Notes under the pieces: generated by a model
Databases searched by the model: none
Seen by the model: the letters and a program-made list of their open reading frames with translations, nothing else
Told to the model about the DNA's origin: nothing
Origin: Pseudomonadota bacterium
Lineage (GTDB): Bacteria; Pseudomonadota; Gammaproteobacteria; Steroidobacterales; Steroidobacteraceae
Direction: 5' to 3'
Assembly (NCBI GenBank): GCA_039932715.1
Contig: JBDTPN010000007.1
Span: 19,503-83,502, forward strand
Length of the DNA: 64,000 bases
Shown here: positions 16,802-26,757 of the stretch, in pieces
Layout: each line of letters starts with the position of its first letter
How positions within the stretch are numbered: position 1 is the first letter of the stretch
Program-made: the position numbers and the translations under genes

Positions 16802-17133
16802 ACATGCCCCAGCTATCCACTGAAGTGGCCGAGAGAATCAAACAGCATCTGGCTGCTGAGCCGGTGGTGCTATTCATGAAGGGCACGCCGGACTTTCCGC
16901 AATGCGGTTTTTCGGCGCAGACCGTGGGCGCTTTGCGCCAGGTGGGCGCCAACTTCCATGCAGTGAACATCTTTGACGACATGGAACTTCGCGACGCGCT
17001 CAAGGCATATTCCAACTGGCCTACCTATCCCCAGTTGTATGTCAAAGGCGAATTGATCGGCGGCTGCGACATCGCCATGCAGATGCTGCGCAATGGCGAA
17101 TTGAAACAGCTGGTGGACGAGACCAAGGTCTAG
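16798..17133 (+). CDS. grxD: Monothiol glutaredoxin (Grx4 family)
   Basis: CGFS active site (PQCGFSAQ), WPTYPQLYVKGELIGGCDI. ATGA overlap with the BON gene. Confidence 0.9.
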   Translation: MNMPQLSTEVAERIKQHLAAEPVVLFMKGTPDFPQCGFSAQTVGALRQVGANFHAVNIFDDMELRDALKAYSNWPTYPQLYVKGELIGGCDIAMQMLRNGELKQLVDETKV

Positions 17134-17148
17134 CGCGCGGCCGCACGA

Positions 17149-17841
17149 TCAGGGTTCGGACTCGACCAGGTCCAGTGGCGCCGGCGCGCCGTCCTTCCAG
17201 CCCAGCGCCCGGGCGCGCTCGTCGGAGCGCATGAAGTGCTCATGCATTGCGTTGCATACGTGGCAGAACAGGTCAGCCGTGCGCTCCGCGTCGTACCTGG
17301 CCGAATGCGCCTGCTCGTGATCCCAGTCGATGCCCGCCACGGTGGTGGCACGCGCCAGTACGGTCTGGCCCAGCGCCGCGCCGCCCAGCGTTGCAGTGTC
17401 GAAGCATGAAAAGGGATGAAACGGATTGCGCTTGATGCCGGTGCGTTCCACTGCGGCATTAAGGAAACCCAGGTCAAATGCTGCGTTGTGGCCGACGAGA
17501 ATCGCGCGCCGGCAGCCATGCGCGCGTATGGCGGTGCGCACCTCGCGAAACATCGCCTGCAGCGCCACCTGTTCATCAACGGCCGGCCGCAAAGGATGCC
17601 AGGGATCGATGCCGTTGACTTCCAGCGATGCCGGATCAAGGCGCGAGCCCTCGAAAGGCTTTACATGCCAGGCGTGCGACACGCCGCGACTCACGCGACC
17701 GCTGCCATCAATCTGGACAATGACTGCAGCCAATTCCAGCAGGGCGTCGGTGCGGGAGTGGAATCCCCCGGTTTCGACATCGATCACCACGGGCAGGTAG
17801 CCGCGAAAACGGCGTGAAGTCAGTTCCGTGACAGAACTCAC
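17149..17841 (-). CDS. rnt: Ribonuclease T
   Basis: DEDDh exonuclease motifs ([30 protein letters not shown]) with RNase T-like length and N-terminus. GTG start in a GTGA overlap with the pyrC stop. Confidence 0.9.
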   Translation of the reverse strand: MSSVTELTSRRFRGYLPVVIDVETGGFHSRTDALLELAAVIVQIDGSGRVSRGVSHAWHVKPFEGSRLDPASLEVNGIDPWHPLRPAVDEQVALQAMFREVRTAIRAHGCRRAILVGHNAAFDLGFLNAAVERTGIKRNPFHPFSCFDTATLGGAALGQTVLARATTVAGIDWDHEQAHSARYDAERTADLFCHVCNAMHEHFMRSDERARALGWKDGAPAPLDLVESEP

Positions 17842-18875
17842 TGGCTCACGCGCCAGCGCAACTGCTCACCGGCCCCCATGGGCACGACCACATCCTGGCC
17901 GAAGGGATAGCTTGGGGGCACAGTCCAGGTCACTCGCGACAATGTGATGAATCCTTCATTGAGAGGCAGGCCGTAGAACTGCGCCCCGAATTCCGACGCA
18001 AAGGCCTGCAGGCGGTGCAGGGCACCTGCGTCCTCCAGTATCTGCGCATACAGCTCAAGCGCCGCGTGCGCTGAAAAGATTCCGGCGCAGCCGCAGGCCT
18101 GCTCCTTGGCGGCGCGCGCATGGGGAGCACTGTCGGTGCCAAGGAAAAAACGCTGGTCGCCGCTGACCACCGCGTCCAGCAGTGCCACGCGGTCGGTCTC
18201 GCGCTTGAGTACGGGCAAACAATAATTGTGCGGACGGATGCCACCGACAAACAGTGCGTTGCGATTGAGGGCCAGGTGCTGCGGTGTCAGCGTGGCAGCG
18301 ACGTTGTCGTGCTGGTCGCGCACGAACTGCGCTGCCACACGTGTGGTGACATGCTCGAACACGATGCGCAGTTGTGGCAGCCGTCGACGCAGTGGCGCCA
18401 GCACATCGTCAATGAAGCGCGCTTCGCGATCAAACACGTCAACGTCCGGTCGGGTGATTTCCCCGTGCACCTGCAGCGGCATACCCACTTCGGCCATGGT
18501 TTCCAGCGCGGCGTCGATGCGGCGGATGTCAGTGACGCCAGAATCGGAGTTGGTGGTGGCGCCCGCCGGATATAACTTGCAACCATGGATGATGCCGCTG
18601 GCGCGGGCCGTGCGGATCTCCGCGGACTGTGTCTGGTCTGTCAGGTACAGCGTCATCAGCGGCTGGAAATCGCTGCCCGCGGGTCGCGCGGCGAGTATGC
18701 GCTCGCGATACGCGCGCGCCAGGGCAGTGGTGGTTACCGGAGGCTGCAAGTTGGGCATGACAATGGCGCGGGCAAATTGCTGCGCCGTATGCGGCAGCAC
18801 CTGACCCAGCGCGACTCCGTCGCGCAGGTGCAAGTGCCAGTCGTCCGGCCGGCGGATCCGCAGTGAGTCGCTCAT
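17838..18875 (-). CDS. pyrC: Dihydroorotase (class II, homodimeric type)
   Basis: Start at ATG 18875 ([20 protein letters not shown]). Metal-ligand motifs [17 protein letters not shown] and FLGTDSAPH as in E. coli PyrC. Confidence 0.9.
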   Translation of the reverse strand: MSDSLRIRRPDDWHLHLRDGVALGQVLPHTAQQFARAIVMPNLQPPVTTTALARAYRERILAARPAGSDFQPLMTLYLTDQTQSAEIRTARASGIIHGCKLYPAGATTNSDSGVTDIRRIDAALETMAEVGMPLQVHGEITRPDVDVFDREARFIDDVLAPLRRRLPQLRIVFEHVTTRVAAQFVRDQHDNVAATLTPQHLALNRNALFVGGIRPHNYCLPVLKRETDRVALLDAVVSGDQRFFLGTDSAPHARAAKEQACGCAGIFSAHAALELYAQILEDAGALHRLQAFASEFGAQFYGLPLNEGFITLSRVTWTVPPSYPFGQDVVVPMGAGEQLRWRVSQ

Positions 18876-19101
18876 TTGATCAGTCGCACCTGGGCGGCAG
18901 GGCCTGCCAGGGAGTCCGGGAAGCAGTTGGCCGCGGCGCGCCATTTCGGGGCTGGAGTGGGAGCATTCTGCACCGATGTCGTTTGCTTGACCGAAGTGAA
19001 TGAAAACCGGATCATCGCGCGCGTCCCTGTCGGCGCCGGCGGATCGTAGCACAGCGCCGTTGTTGACTTTTTTCCCGAAATGGGGTGCCCAACGGCAAGC
19101 G

Positions 19102-21765
19102 ATGACCGACGTCCAGCACATCCAGGATCAGGATCCAGAAGAAACCCGCGAGTGGCTTGAGTCCATCGAATCCGTACTGCGCGCCGGTGGTGGCGAGCGT
19201 GCACATTTCCTGCTCGAGCGACTCATTGATCACGCGCGGCGCTCCGGGGCATACCTGCCGTTCAAGCCCAATACGGCCTACGTCAACACCATTCCCGTTG
19301 CCCAGGAGCCGGCGTATCCCGGTGATCGCGCCGTGGAGAAGCGGCTCGAGGCGTACATGCGCTGGAACGCGGTGGCCATGGTCGCGCAGGCCAACAAGGT
19401 GTCGTCGGAGTTTGGCGGCCACCTGGCCAGCTACGCGTCGTCATCGACGCTGTACGAAGTCGGCTTCAACCATTTCTGGCGCGGGGCATCGGACCTGCAC
19501 CCTGGCGACATGGTGTTCATGCAGGGCCACAGTTCCCCTGGTGTTTACGCGCGCGCCTACCTTGAAGGTCGCCTCAGCGAAGACCAGCTCAAGCGCTTCC
19601 GCCAGGAGGTCGGTGGCGGCGGGCTGTCTTCATATCCGCATCCCTGGTTGATGCCCGACTTCTGGCAGTTCCCGACGGTGTCGATGGGGCTGGGTCCGAT
19701 GATGGCCATCTACCAGGCGCGCTTCCAGCGTTACATGGAAAACCGTGGCTTGACGCCGCCCACAGACCGCAAGGTCTGGTGCTTCTGCGGCGATGGCGAG
19801 ATGGACGAACCGGAGTCCATGGGTGCGCTGACCATGCCGGTGCGCGAAGGCCTCGACAACCTTATCTTTGTCGTGAACTGCAACCTGCAGCGACTCGACG
19901 GACCCGTGCGCGGCAACGGCAAGATCATCCAGGAACTGGAAGCCGCATTCCTGGGCGCAGGCTGGAATGTGATCAAGGTTATCTGGGGCCGCCGCTGGGA
20001 TCCACTGCTGGCCAAGGACCATACCGGCGTACTGCAGCGTGTGATGGAAGCCTGCGTCGACGGCGAATACCAGAATTTCAAGGCCAAGGGCGGCGCGTAT
20101 ACGCGCGAGCATTTCTTCGGCCGGGATCCGGAGCTGGCAGCGATGGTTGCCAACATGTCTGACGACGAGATCTGGCGCCTCAATCGTGGCGGCCATGATG
20201 CCCACAAGGTGCATGCGGCCTATGCAGCGGCCGTGGCGCACAAGGGCCAGCCCACCGTTATTCTGGCGCATACCGTCAAGGGTTTCGGACTGGGCAAGGC
20301 GGCCGAAGGGCAGATGGTCGCGCACCAGCAGAAGAAGATGGACGCGGAATCCATGAACAGCTTCCGGGTGAACCTTGGCATCACGCTCAGCGACGATGAC
20401 ATTGCCAAGTTCACTTTTCGCAAGCCCGCGGACGACAGCGAGGAGATCCGCTACCTCAAAGCGCAGCGCACCGCTCTGGGGGGCTACCTGCCACGCCGCG
20501 ACACCAATGTGCCGCCCCTGGAATTGCCCCCGATCACCACGTACCAGGCATTGCTGGATGGAACGGGCGAGCGTGAGATCTCCACCACCATGGCTTTTGT
20601 GCGCATCCTCACGGCGCTGCTCAAGGACAAGAACATAGGCAAGTTCATCGTGCCCATTGTTCCGGACGAGGCGCGCACTTTCGGTATGGAAGGTCTGTTC
20701 CGCCAGATCGGCATCTACTCGGCGGTGGGACAGCTGTATACCCCGCAGGATTCCGAACAGTTGATGTCATACAAGGAAGAGCGCAAGGGCCAGATGCTCG
20801 AAGAGGGCATCAACGAGGCCGGCTCGCTGTGTTCATGGATCGCCGCAGGCACGGCCTATGCCAATCACCGGCAGATCATGGTGCCGTTCTACATCTACTA
20901 CTCGATGTTCGGCTTCCAGCGGGTGGGCGATTTTATCTGGGCTGCGGGCGACATCCAGGCGCGCGGGTTCCTGATGGGCGCCACTGCTGGTCGCACGACG
21001 CTGGCGGGCGAGGGCCTGCAGCACCAGGACGGCCATAGCCAGATCGTGGCGACCACAGTGCCCAACTGCCGCGCCTATGACCCGGCGTATGCCTATGAAC
21101 TGGCTGTCATTATCCATGACGGCATGAAGAAGATGTACGTCGAACAGCAAAGCATCTTCTATTACCTCTCGGTGATGAACGAGAACTATGTGCAGCCCGC
21201 CATGCCGGCCGGCAGCGAGGAAGGCATTCTCAAGGGCGCCTACAAATTGAAGGAAGGTTCGCGCGGCAAGTTGCGCGCCACACTGCTGGGATCGGGGACG
21301 ATTCTGCGCGAGGTGCTGGCAGCGGCCGAATTGCTCGAGAACCAATACAAGATTCCAGCCGATGTTTATTCAGTGACCAGCTTCAGCGAACTGCGACGTG
21401 AAGCACTGTTGGTGGAACGCGAGAACCTGCTGCATCCCGAACGCCAACAGCAAGTGCCTTTCGTGCAGCAGCTGTTTGCAGATCAAACCCTGCCCATTGT
21501 GGCCGCTACTGACAACATGCGCCTGGTGCCGGACCAGATCCGCCAGTGGATCCCGAGCCGCTACGTGACGCTGGGCACCGATGGCTTCGGCCGCAGCGAC
21601 GGTCGCGCGGCGCTGCGCGGACATTTCGAGGTGGATCGTCGTTTCATCGTGCTGGCTGCGCTCAAGGCGCTGGCGGACGAAGGTTCGATTGATCGCTCAC
21701 TGCTGGGCGAAGCGTTGACGCGACTGGGTATCGATCCGGGCAAGGGCAACCCGCTCAACACTTAG
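19102..21765 (+). CDS. aceE: Pyruvate dehydrogenase E1 component (homodimeric type)
   Basis: Start at ATG 19102 gives 887 aa, the same as E. coli Ace[17 protein letters not shown]-terminus and the ThDP motif [10 protein letters not shown]. Confidence 0.95.
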   Translation: MTDVQHIQDQDPEETREWLESIESVLRAGGGERAHFLLERLIDHARRSGAYLPFKPNTAYVNTIPVAQEPAYPGDRAVEKRLEAYMRWNAVAMVAQANKVSSEFGGHLASYASSSTLYEVGFNHFWRGASDLHPGDMVFMQGHSSPGVYARAYLEGRLSEDQLKRFRQEVGGGGLSSYPHPWLMPDFWQFPTVSMGLGPMMAIYQARFQRYMENRGLTPPTDRKVWCFCGDGEMDEPESMGALTMPVREGLDNLIFVVNCNLQRLDGPVRGNGKIIQELEAAFLGAGWNVIKVIWGRRWDPLLAKDHTGVLQRVMEACVDGEYQNFKAKGGAYTREHFFGRDPELAAMVANMSDDEIWRLNRGGHDAHKVHAAYAAAVAHKGQPTVILAHTVKGFGLGKAAEGQMVAHQQKKMDAESMNSFRVNLGITLSDDDIAKFTFRKPADDSEEIRYLKAQRTALGGYLPRRDTNVPPLELPPITTYQALLDGTGEREISTTMAFVRILTALLKDKNIGKFIVPIVPDEARTFGMEGLFRQIGIYSAVGQLYTPQDSEQLMSYKEERKGQMLEEGINEAGSLCSWIAAGTAYANHRQIMVPFYIYYSMFGFQRVGDFIWAAGDIQARGFLMGATAGRTTLAGEGLQHQDGHSQIVATTVPNCRAYDPAYAYELAVIIHDGMKKMYVEQQSIFYYLSVMNENYVQPAMPAGSEEGILKGAYKLKEGSRGKLRATLLGSGTILREVLAAAELLENQYKIPADVYSVTSFSELRREALLVERENLLHPERQQQVPFVQQLFADQTLPIVAATDNMRLVPDQIRQWIPSRYVTLGTDGFGRSDGRAALRGHFEVDRRFIVLAALKALADEGSIDRSLLGEALTRLGIDPGKGNPLNT

Positions 21766-21780
21766 AGTGGAGACGCACGC

Positions 21781-23394
21781 TTGAGCCAGCTAATCGAAGT
21801 GCGCGTGCCCGACATGGGGAACTTCACGGAAGTCGGGGTCATCGACATCCTTGTGAAGGTGGGCGATCGCGTCGAAATTGATACGCCACTGATCACCCTC
21901 GAGACCGAGAAGGCCACCATGGATGTGCCATCCACGGCGGCCGGTGTGATCGACGCGGTGCACGTGGCCAAGGGCGGCAAGATTTCTCCCGGCGGCCTGG
22001 TCGTCACTGTGCGCGGTGACGCGCCGGCAGAAGCCAGCGCGGCGGCGCCGCAAACGGCGACACCTGCGCCCGCGGGCAGTGCGCAGGCCGCTACCACAGC
22101 GCCAACTGCGGCTGTACCGGCCGCGCCGACTGCTCCCATCTCCCTGGATGTCCTGGTTCCCGACATGGGGAATTTCACCGAAGTCGGCGTGGTTGAAGTT
22201 CTGGTCAAGCCCGGCGACAAGGTAGAGGTGGACACACCACTGGTCACTCTCGAAACCGAGAAGGCCACCATGGATGTGCCGTCCACGGCAGCTGGCGTGG
22301 TCGACGCCGTGCATGTCACCAAGGGCGGCAAGATCTCCGCCGGTGGCCGGGTTGTGACACTCAGCGGCGTGGTCGCCGCTGCTCCGGCGGCGGCAGCGCC
22401 GGCACCGCCCACAAAGGCGGCACCTGCACCCGCTGCGCCGCGTCCCGCCTCCCGCGTCATGCCTGCGACCATCGACGAGGCCGGCTTCAGCAGGGCCCAC
22501 GCTGGTCCGTCCGTGCGCAAGCTGGCACGCGAACTGGGGGTGGATCTTGGCCGCGTGAAAGGCACGGGCCTCAAGGACCGCGTTACCCACGAAGACGTCA
22601 AGGCCTGGGTCAAGCAGATCCTGACCGGTGGCGCAGCGGCCAGTGGTCCGGCACTGCCTGCAGTTCCAGTGGTCGACTTCTCAAAATTCGGCCCCATCGA
22701 GGTCAAGCCGCTGGGTCGCATCCAGAAGATTTCTGCGAAGCGACTGCAGGCTGCATGGATCAACCTGCCGCATGTCACGCAGTTCGACGAAGCCGATATC
22801 ACTGCGCTTGAAGTCGAGCGCGCGAAACTCAAGGACAAGGCCGTCGCAGCCGGCGTCAAGCTGACGCCCCTGGCCTTCGTCATCCGCGCCTGCGTCAAGG
22901 CGCTGCAGGAATACCCGACCTTCAATGCATCGCTGCATGCGGACGGCGAGTCCGTGGTGATGAAGCAGTACATGCACATCGGCTTCGCCGCCGACACTCC
23001 CAATGGCCTGCTGGTGCCGGTAATTCGCGACGCCGACAAGCTCGATATCTACGGCATTGCGCGCGCGCTGGCCGACCTGTCGGACCGCGCACGCAATGGA
23101 ACGCTCAAGGGCGCGGAGATGCAGGGCGGCTGCTTCACCGTGTCCAGCCTTGGAGGCATTGGCGGCACGGCGTTCACACCCATCATCAACGCGCCGGAAG
23201 TGGCGATTCTCGGTGTGTCGCGAACGCAGACTCGGCCCGTCTGGCAGGACACCCAATTTGTGCCGCGCCAGATGTTGCCGCTGTCGCTGTCTTATGACCA
23301 TCGCCTGATCGACGGCGCACTGGGCGCGCGCTTCGCGGTGTACCTCTCGAAGATGCTGGCCGATCCGGCGGCATTGATCGGAGCCACTGCTTGA
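21781..23394 (+). CDS. aceF: Dihydrolipoyllysine-residue acetyltransferase (PDH E2) with two lipoyl domains
   Basis: TTG start with GGAG 8 nt upstream. Two lipoyl domains (ETEKATMDVPS twice), Ala/Pro linkers, an E3-binding domain and the catalytic SYDHRLIDGA motif. Confidence 0.95.
   Translation: MSQLIEVRVPDMGNFTEVGVIDILVKVGDRVEIDTPLITLETEKATMDVPSTAAGVIDAVHVAKGGKISPGGLVVTVRGDAPAEASAAAPQTATPAPAGSAQAATTAPTAAVPAAPTAPISLDVLVPDMGNFTEVGVVEVLVKPGDKVEVDTPLVTLETEKATMDVPSTAAGVVDAVHVTKGGKISAGGRVVTLSGVVAAAPAAAAPAPPTKAAPAPAAPRPASRVMPATIDEAGFSRAHAGPSVRKLARELGVDLGRVKGTGLKDRVTHEDVKAWVKQILTGGAAASGPALPAVPVVDFSKFGPIEVKPLGRIQKISAKRLQAAWINLPHVTQFDEADITALEVERAKLKDKAVAAGVKLTPLAFVIRACVKALQEYPTFNASLHADGESVVMKQYMHIGFAADTPNGLLVPVIRDADKLDIYGIARALADLSDRARNGTLKGAEMQGGCFTVSSLGGIGGTAFTPIINAPEVAILGVSRTQTRPVWQDTQFVPRQMLPLSLSYDHRLIDGALGARFAVYLSKMLADPAALIGATA
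21793..22359 (+). repeat. Intragenic tandem duplication encoding the two lipoyl domains of AceF
   Basis: Units begin at about 21793 and 22144 (offset 351 nt). VPDMGNFTEVGV...LETEKATMDVPSTAAGV.DAVHV.KGGKIS is repeated almost verbatim at protein level and closely at DNA level. Confidence 0.9.
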
Positions 23395-24812
23395 GTGAGG
23401 CTGCCAGCACCGCGCAGCTGGTAGTGCTGGGTGCCGGGCCCGGCGGCTACACCGCTGCATTCCGCGCCGCCGACCTCGGCGTTGCCGTGACGCTGATCGA
23501 GCGCTGGGAAAATCTCGGTGGCGTCTGTCTCAACGTCGGCTGCATTCCTTCCAAGGCGCTGTTGCACGCTGCAAAAGTCATCGACGAAGCCGCTTCCATG
23601 GGGGCGCATGGCGTCAGCTTTGGCGCGCCGCAGATTGATCTCGACAAGCTGCGCAGCTGGAAGACCAGCGTGGTACGCAGGTTGACCAATGGACTCACCG
23701 GGCTGGCCAAGCAACGCAAGGTCCAGGTGGTGCGAGGGATCGGAAAGTTCGCGGGGCCCAATGTCATTGAAGTGATCGGCGCCGACGGTGCGCGCCAGCA
23801 ACTCACATTCGAAAAGTGCATCATCGCGGCGGGTTCAGAACCGGTGAAGCTGCCGTTCATACCGGAAGATCCGCGCATCATCGATTCCACTGGCGCACTT
23901 GAGCTGGGTGGCATTCCGAAAAGATTGCTGGTGATCGGCGGCGGCATCATCGGGCTGGAGATGGCCTGCGTGTATGAGGCCCTGGGAGCCAAGGTGTCTG
24001 TGGTCGAGCTTACCGATCAGTTGATGCCCGGCGCTGACATCGACCTGGTGCGTCCACTGGAAAAACGCCTCAAGGCGCGCTACGAGCAGATACTGCTGGG
24101 CACCAAGGTGACGAAGGTTGATGCATTGCCCGAGGGCATCAAGGTCACGTTCGACGCCGGTGGCAAGATCTCCGATTCCCTCTTCGACCGCGTGCTGGTG
24201 GCGGTGGGCCGGGTGCCCAACGGGCGCCTGATCAATGCCGCCGCTGCGGGTGTCACGGTCAATGATCGCGGATTCATTCCGGTCGATCGCCAGATGCGCA
24301 CCAATGTGCCGCACATCTTTGCCATCGGCGATATCGTCGGCCAGCCCATGCTTGCGCACAAGGCAATGCATGAAGCCAAGGTGGCCGCTGAAGTAGCGGC
24401 CGGCCACAAGGCGTCCTTCGATGCGCGCGCGATTCCGTCTGTGGCCTACACGGATCCGGAAGTGGCATGGGTAGGCGTCACCGAAGGGCAGGCCAAGCGC
24501 GACGGTCTCAACATTCGCAAAGGCACGTTTCCGTGGTTGGCCAGTGGCCGCTCCCTGTCGTTGGGTCGTGACGAGGGCATGACCAAGCTTATTGTCGATG
24601 CCGCGACTGGGCATGTGATTGGCGGCGGTATTGTCGGTCCCAATGCTGGCGAACTGATTGCGGAAATTGGCCTGGCCATTGAACTGGGCGCCGATGCTGC
24701 CGACATCGGACTGACCATCCATCCACATCCCACATTGTCCGAGACGGTTGGCCTTAGCGCCGAGGCGCTCGAAGGCACACTCACCGACCTGTACCTGCCA
24801 AAGAAGACGTAA
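23391..24812 (+). CDS. lpdA: Dihydrolipoyl dehydrogenase (E3)
   Basis: FAD motif GAGPGGY, redox-active CLNVGCIPSK, and HAHPT-type C-terminal motif (IHPHPTLSE). TTG start (GGAG 8 nt upstream) in a TTGA overlap with the aceF stop. Confidence 0.95.
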   Translation: MSEAASTAQLVVLGAGPGGYTAAFRAADLGVAVTLIERWENLGGVCLNVGCIPSKALLHAAKVIDEAASMGAHGVSFGAPQIDLDKLRSWKTSVVRRLTNGLTGLAKQRKVQVVRGIGKFAGPNVIEVIGADGARQQLTFEKCIIAAGSEPVKLPFIPEDPRIIDSTGALELGGIPKRLLVIGGGIIGLEMACVYEALGAKVSVVELTDQLMPGADIDLVRPLEKRLKARYEQILLGTKVTKVDALPEGIKVTFDAGGKISDSLFDRVLVAVGRVPNGRLINAAAAGVTVNDRGFIPVDRQMRTNVPHIFAIGDIVGQPMLAHKAMHEAKVAAEVAAGHKASFDARAIPSVAYTDPEVAWVGVTEGQAKRDGLNIRKGTFPWLASGRSLSLGRDEGMTKLIVDAATGHVIGGGIVGPNAGELIAEIGLAIELGADAADIGLTIHPHPTLSETVGLSAEALEGTLTDLYLPKKT

Positions 24813-26695
24813 TGCGTACAGCCGCGCGCATCGCCTCGCTGCTGCTGCTCGGCGGCATCGCAACGGTACAGGCCGCGGGTGGTTATCCCGGCGTGATTAC
24901 GCTGCAGGTGGATGCCACCGACGTGCAGCGGCGCATTTACCGCGTCACCGAAACCATTCCTGTGCGGCCTGGCCGCCTGGTGCTTTATTTCCCGCAATGG
25001 CTGCCCGGCAATCATGCGCCGCGCGGGCTGATCGAGCAGTTGGCTGGACTGCGATTTCGAGCCGGCCAACAAGAGCTCACCTGGAAGCGTGATCCGCTGA
25101 ACGTGTACGCGTTCCAGTTGCAGGTGCCGGCAGGTGTCTCGCAGCTGCAAGCCGAATTCCAGGTTGCTACGCCACAGGCCACGGACTCGAGCCGCGTCAC
25201 GCGGGTGGTCATGACGCCCAACCTGCTGGGGCTGCAGTGGAACCAGGTGTTGTTGTATCCAGCCGGATATGCGGCACGTGACATCCAGGTCCGTGCCTCG
25301 GTGCAACTGCCTGCGGGATGGAAACACGCCAGCACGCTGCCGCAGGACCTGACTGCAGCAGCCAACCAGCTGCAGTTTGCTGCAGTGTCGCTGGAAGACC
25401 TGGTGGACTCGCCGCTCTATGCTGGTCGACTCCTGCGCCAGCTCGACCTGACCCCTGCAGGCGGCCGCCCGGTGCATCTCAATGTGATTGCGGAAGACGA
25501 AGCCAGTCTCGCGGCAACCGATGAGCAGATGGGCATCCATCGTGCCCTGGTTCGGGAAACCCTGGCGGCCATGGGGCCTGCGCGTTACTCCCATTACGAA
25601 TTCCTGGTGGTGCTCAGTGACCACCTGGGCGGCATCGGCATAGAGCATCTGCAATCCAGCGAAAATACGCTTGATCCCGCGTATTTCCAGTCCTGGAGTG
25701 ATGACGTGGATTCGCGCGACCAGTTGGCGCATGAATACACGCACTCGTGGAATGGCAAGTATCGCCGTCCGGCGCGCAACTGGACTGCGCACTACAACAC
25801 CCCCATGCAAAACGAGCTGCTGTGGGTGTATGAGGGCATGACCCAGTATTACGGCATGGTTCTGGCGGCGCGTTCCGGGTTGTGGCCCCGGGATTTCGCT
25901 GCGGAGGAGTTCGCACTGACGGCGGCAATCTACGCCGAGAAGCGCCCGGGGCGCTCATGGAGATCGCTTGAAGACACCACTTACCAGCCCATCATCGCAG
26001 CGCGGCGACCGCTGTCATGGGTGAGCTGGCAACGCACCGAGGACTATTACAGCGAGGGTGCGCTGCTGTGGCTGGACGTGGACACCCGGCTGCGGGAATT
26101 GAGCAACGGACGCAGGTCACTGGATGATTTCGCGCGCAAGTTCTTTGCCGCGCCGGCGTCGAAGGGAACCATCTCCACCTACGAATATGCCGATGTGGTC
26201 AATGGCCTCAATGCCGTTGCGGCGTACGACTGGAATGCATTTCTTCGCGCTCGCGTTGCGGGCACGGATCAGCCATTGACCCAGGGGCTGGAGCGCGCGG
26301 GCTTTCGCCTCACCTTCACCGACACGCCCAACGCAGTCATCAGCGACTACGAGAAGTCCGGCGGAGTCACCGATCTGGGCTACTCGCTGGGCGTGATGAT
26401 TTCGCGCGAGGCCGTGTTGACCGAGGTGGTATGGGAAGGCCCGGCGTACAAGGCAGGATTGACCACGCAGACCACGCTGATTGCGGTCAATGGGCTGTCC
26501 TACAAGCCTGCGGTACTCAAGGATGCAATCAGGCAGTCGGGCAGTGATGGCAAGCCGATTGAACTGCTGGTCCGCAACCAGGATCGGTATCGAACGGTGA
26601 CCGTAATTTGTCCTGGGGGGCTGCGTTATCCGCACCTGGAGCCCATTGCAGGCAAGGCCGACGCAATGAAAGATATTCTCAGCCCATCGGGTTGA
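24812..26695 (+). CDS. Secreted M61-family (glycyl aminopeptidase-like) metallopeptidase with C-terminal PDZ domain
   Basis: Signal peptide (ASLLLLGGIATVQA). HEYTHSWNGKY zinc motif typical of M61. PDZ-like C-terminus (GLTTQTTLIAVNG). The ATG overlaps the lpdA TAA by 1 nt. Confidence 0.85.
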   Translation: MRTAARIASLLLLGGIATVQAAGGYPGVITLQVDATDVQRRIYRVTETIPVRPGRLVLYFPQWLPGNHAPRGLIEQLAGLRFRAGQQELTWKRDPLNVYAFQLQVPAGVSQLQAEFQVATPQATDSSRVTRVVMTPNLLGLQWNQVLLYPAGYAARDIQVRASVQLPAGWKHASTLPQDLTAAANQLQFAAVSLEDLVDSPLYAGRLLRQLDLTPAGGRPVHLNVIAEDEASLAATDEQMGIHRALVRETLAAMGPARYSHYEFLVVLSDHLGGIGIEHLQSSENTLDPAYFQSWSDDVDSRDQLAHEYTHSWNGKYRRPARNWTAHYNTPMQNELLWVYEGMTQYYGMVLAARSGLWPRDFAAEEFALTAAIYAEKRPGRSWRSLEDTTYQPIIAARRPLSWVSWQRTEDYYSEGALLWLDVDTRLRELSNGRRSLDDFARKFFAAPASKGTISTYEYADVVNGLNAVAAYDWNAFLRARVAGTDQPLTQGLERAGFRLTFTDTPNAVISDYEKSGGVTDLGYSLGVMISREAVLTEVVWEGPAYKAGLTTQTTLIAVNGLSYKPAVLKDAIRQSGSDGKPIELLVRNQDRYRTVTVICPGGLRYPHLEPIAGKADAMKDILSPSG

Positions 26696-26757
26696 CATAA
26701 CACCGCGACAGCGCGCCGCAGCGTAACTGTGGACCGCCTCAAGGTCTGGCTCACCGT

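Noticed and set aside
21762-23039. 425-aa Ala/Ser/Thr-rich ORF antisense to aceF, and similar ORFs at 21790-22590 and 22681-23460
   Set aside because: These are mirror images of the Ala/Pro-rich linkers and lipoyl domains of a well-supported aceF. They have low complexity and no start context.
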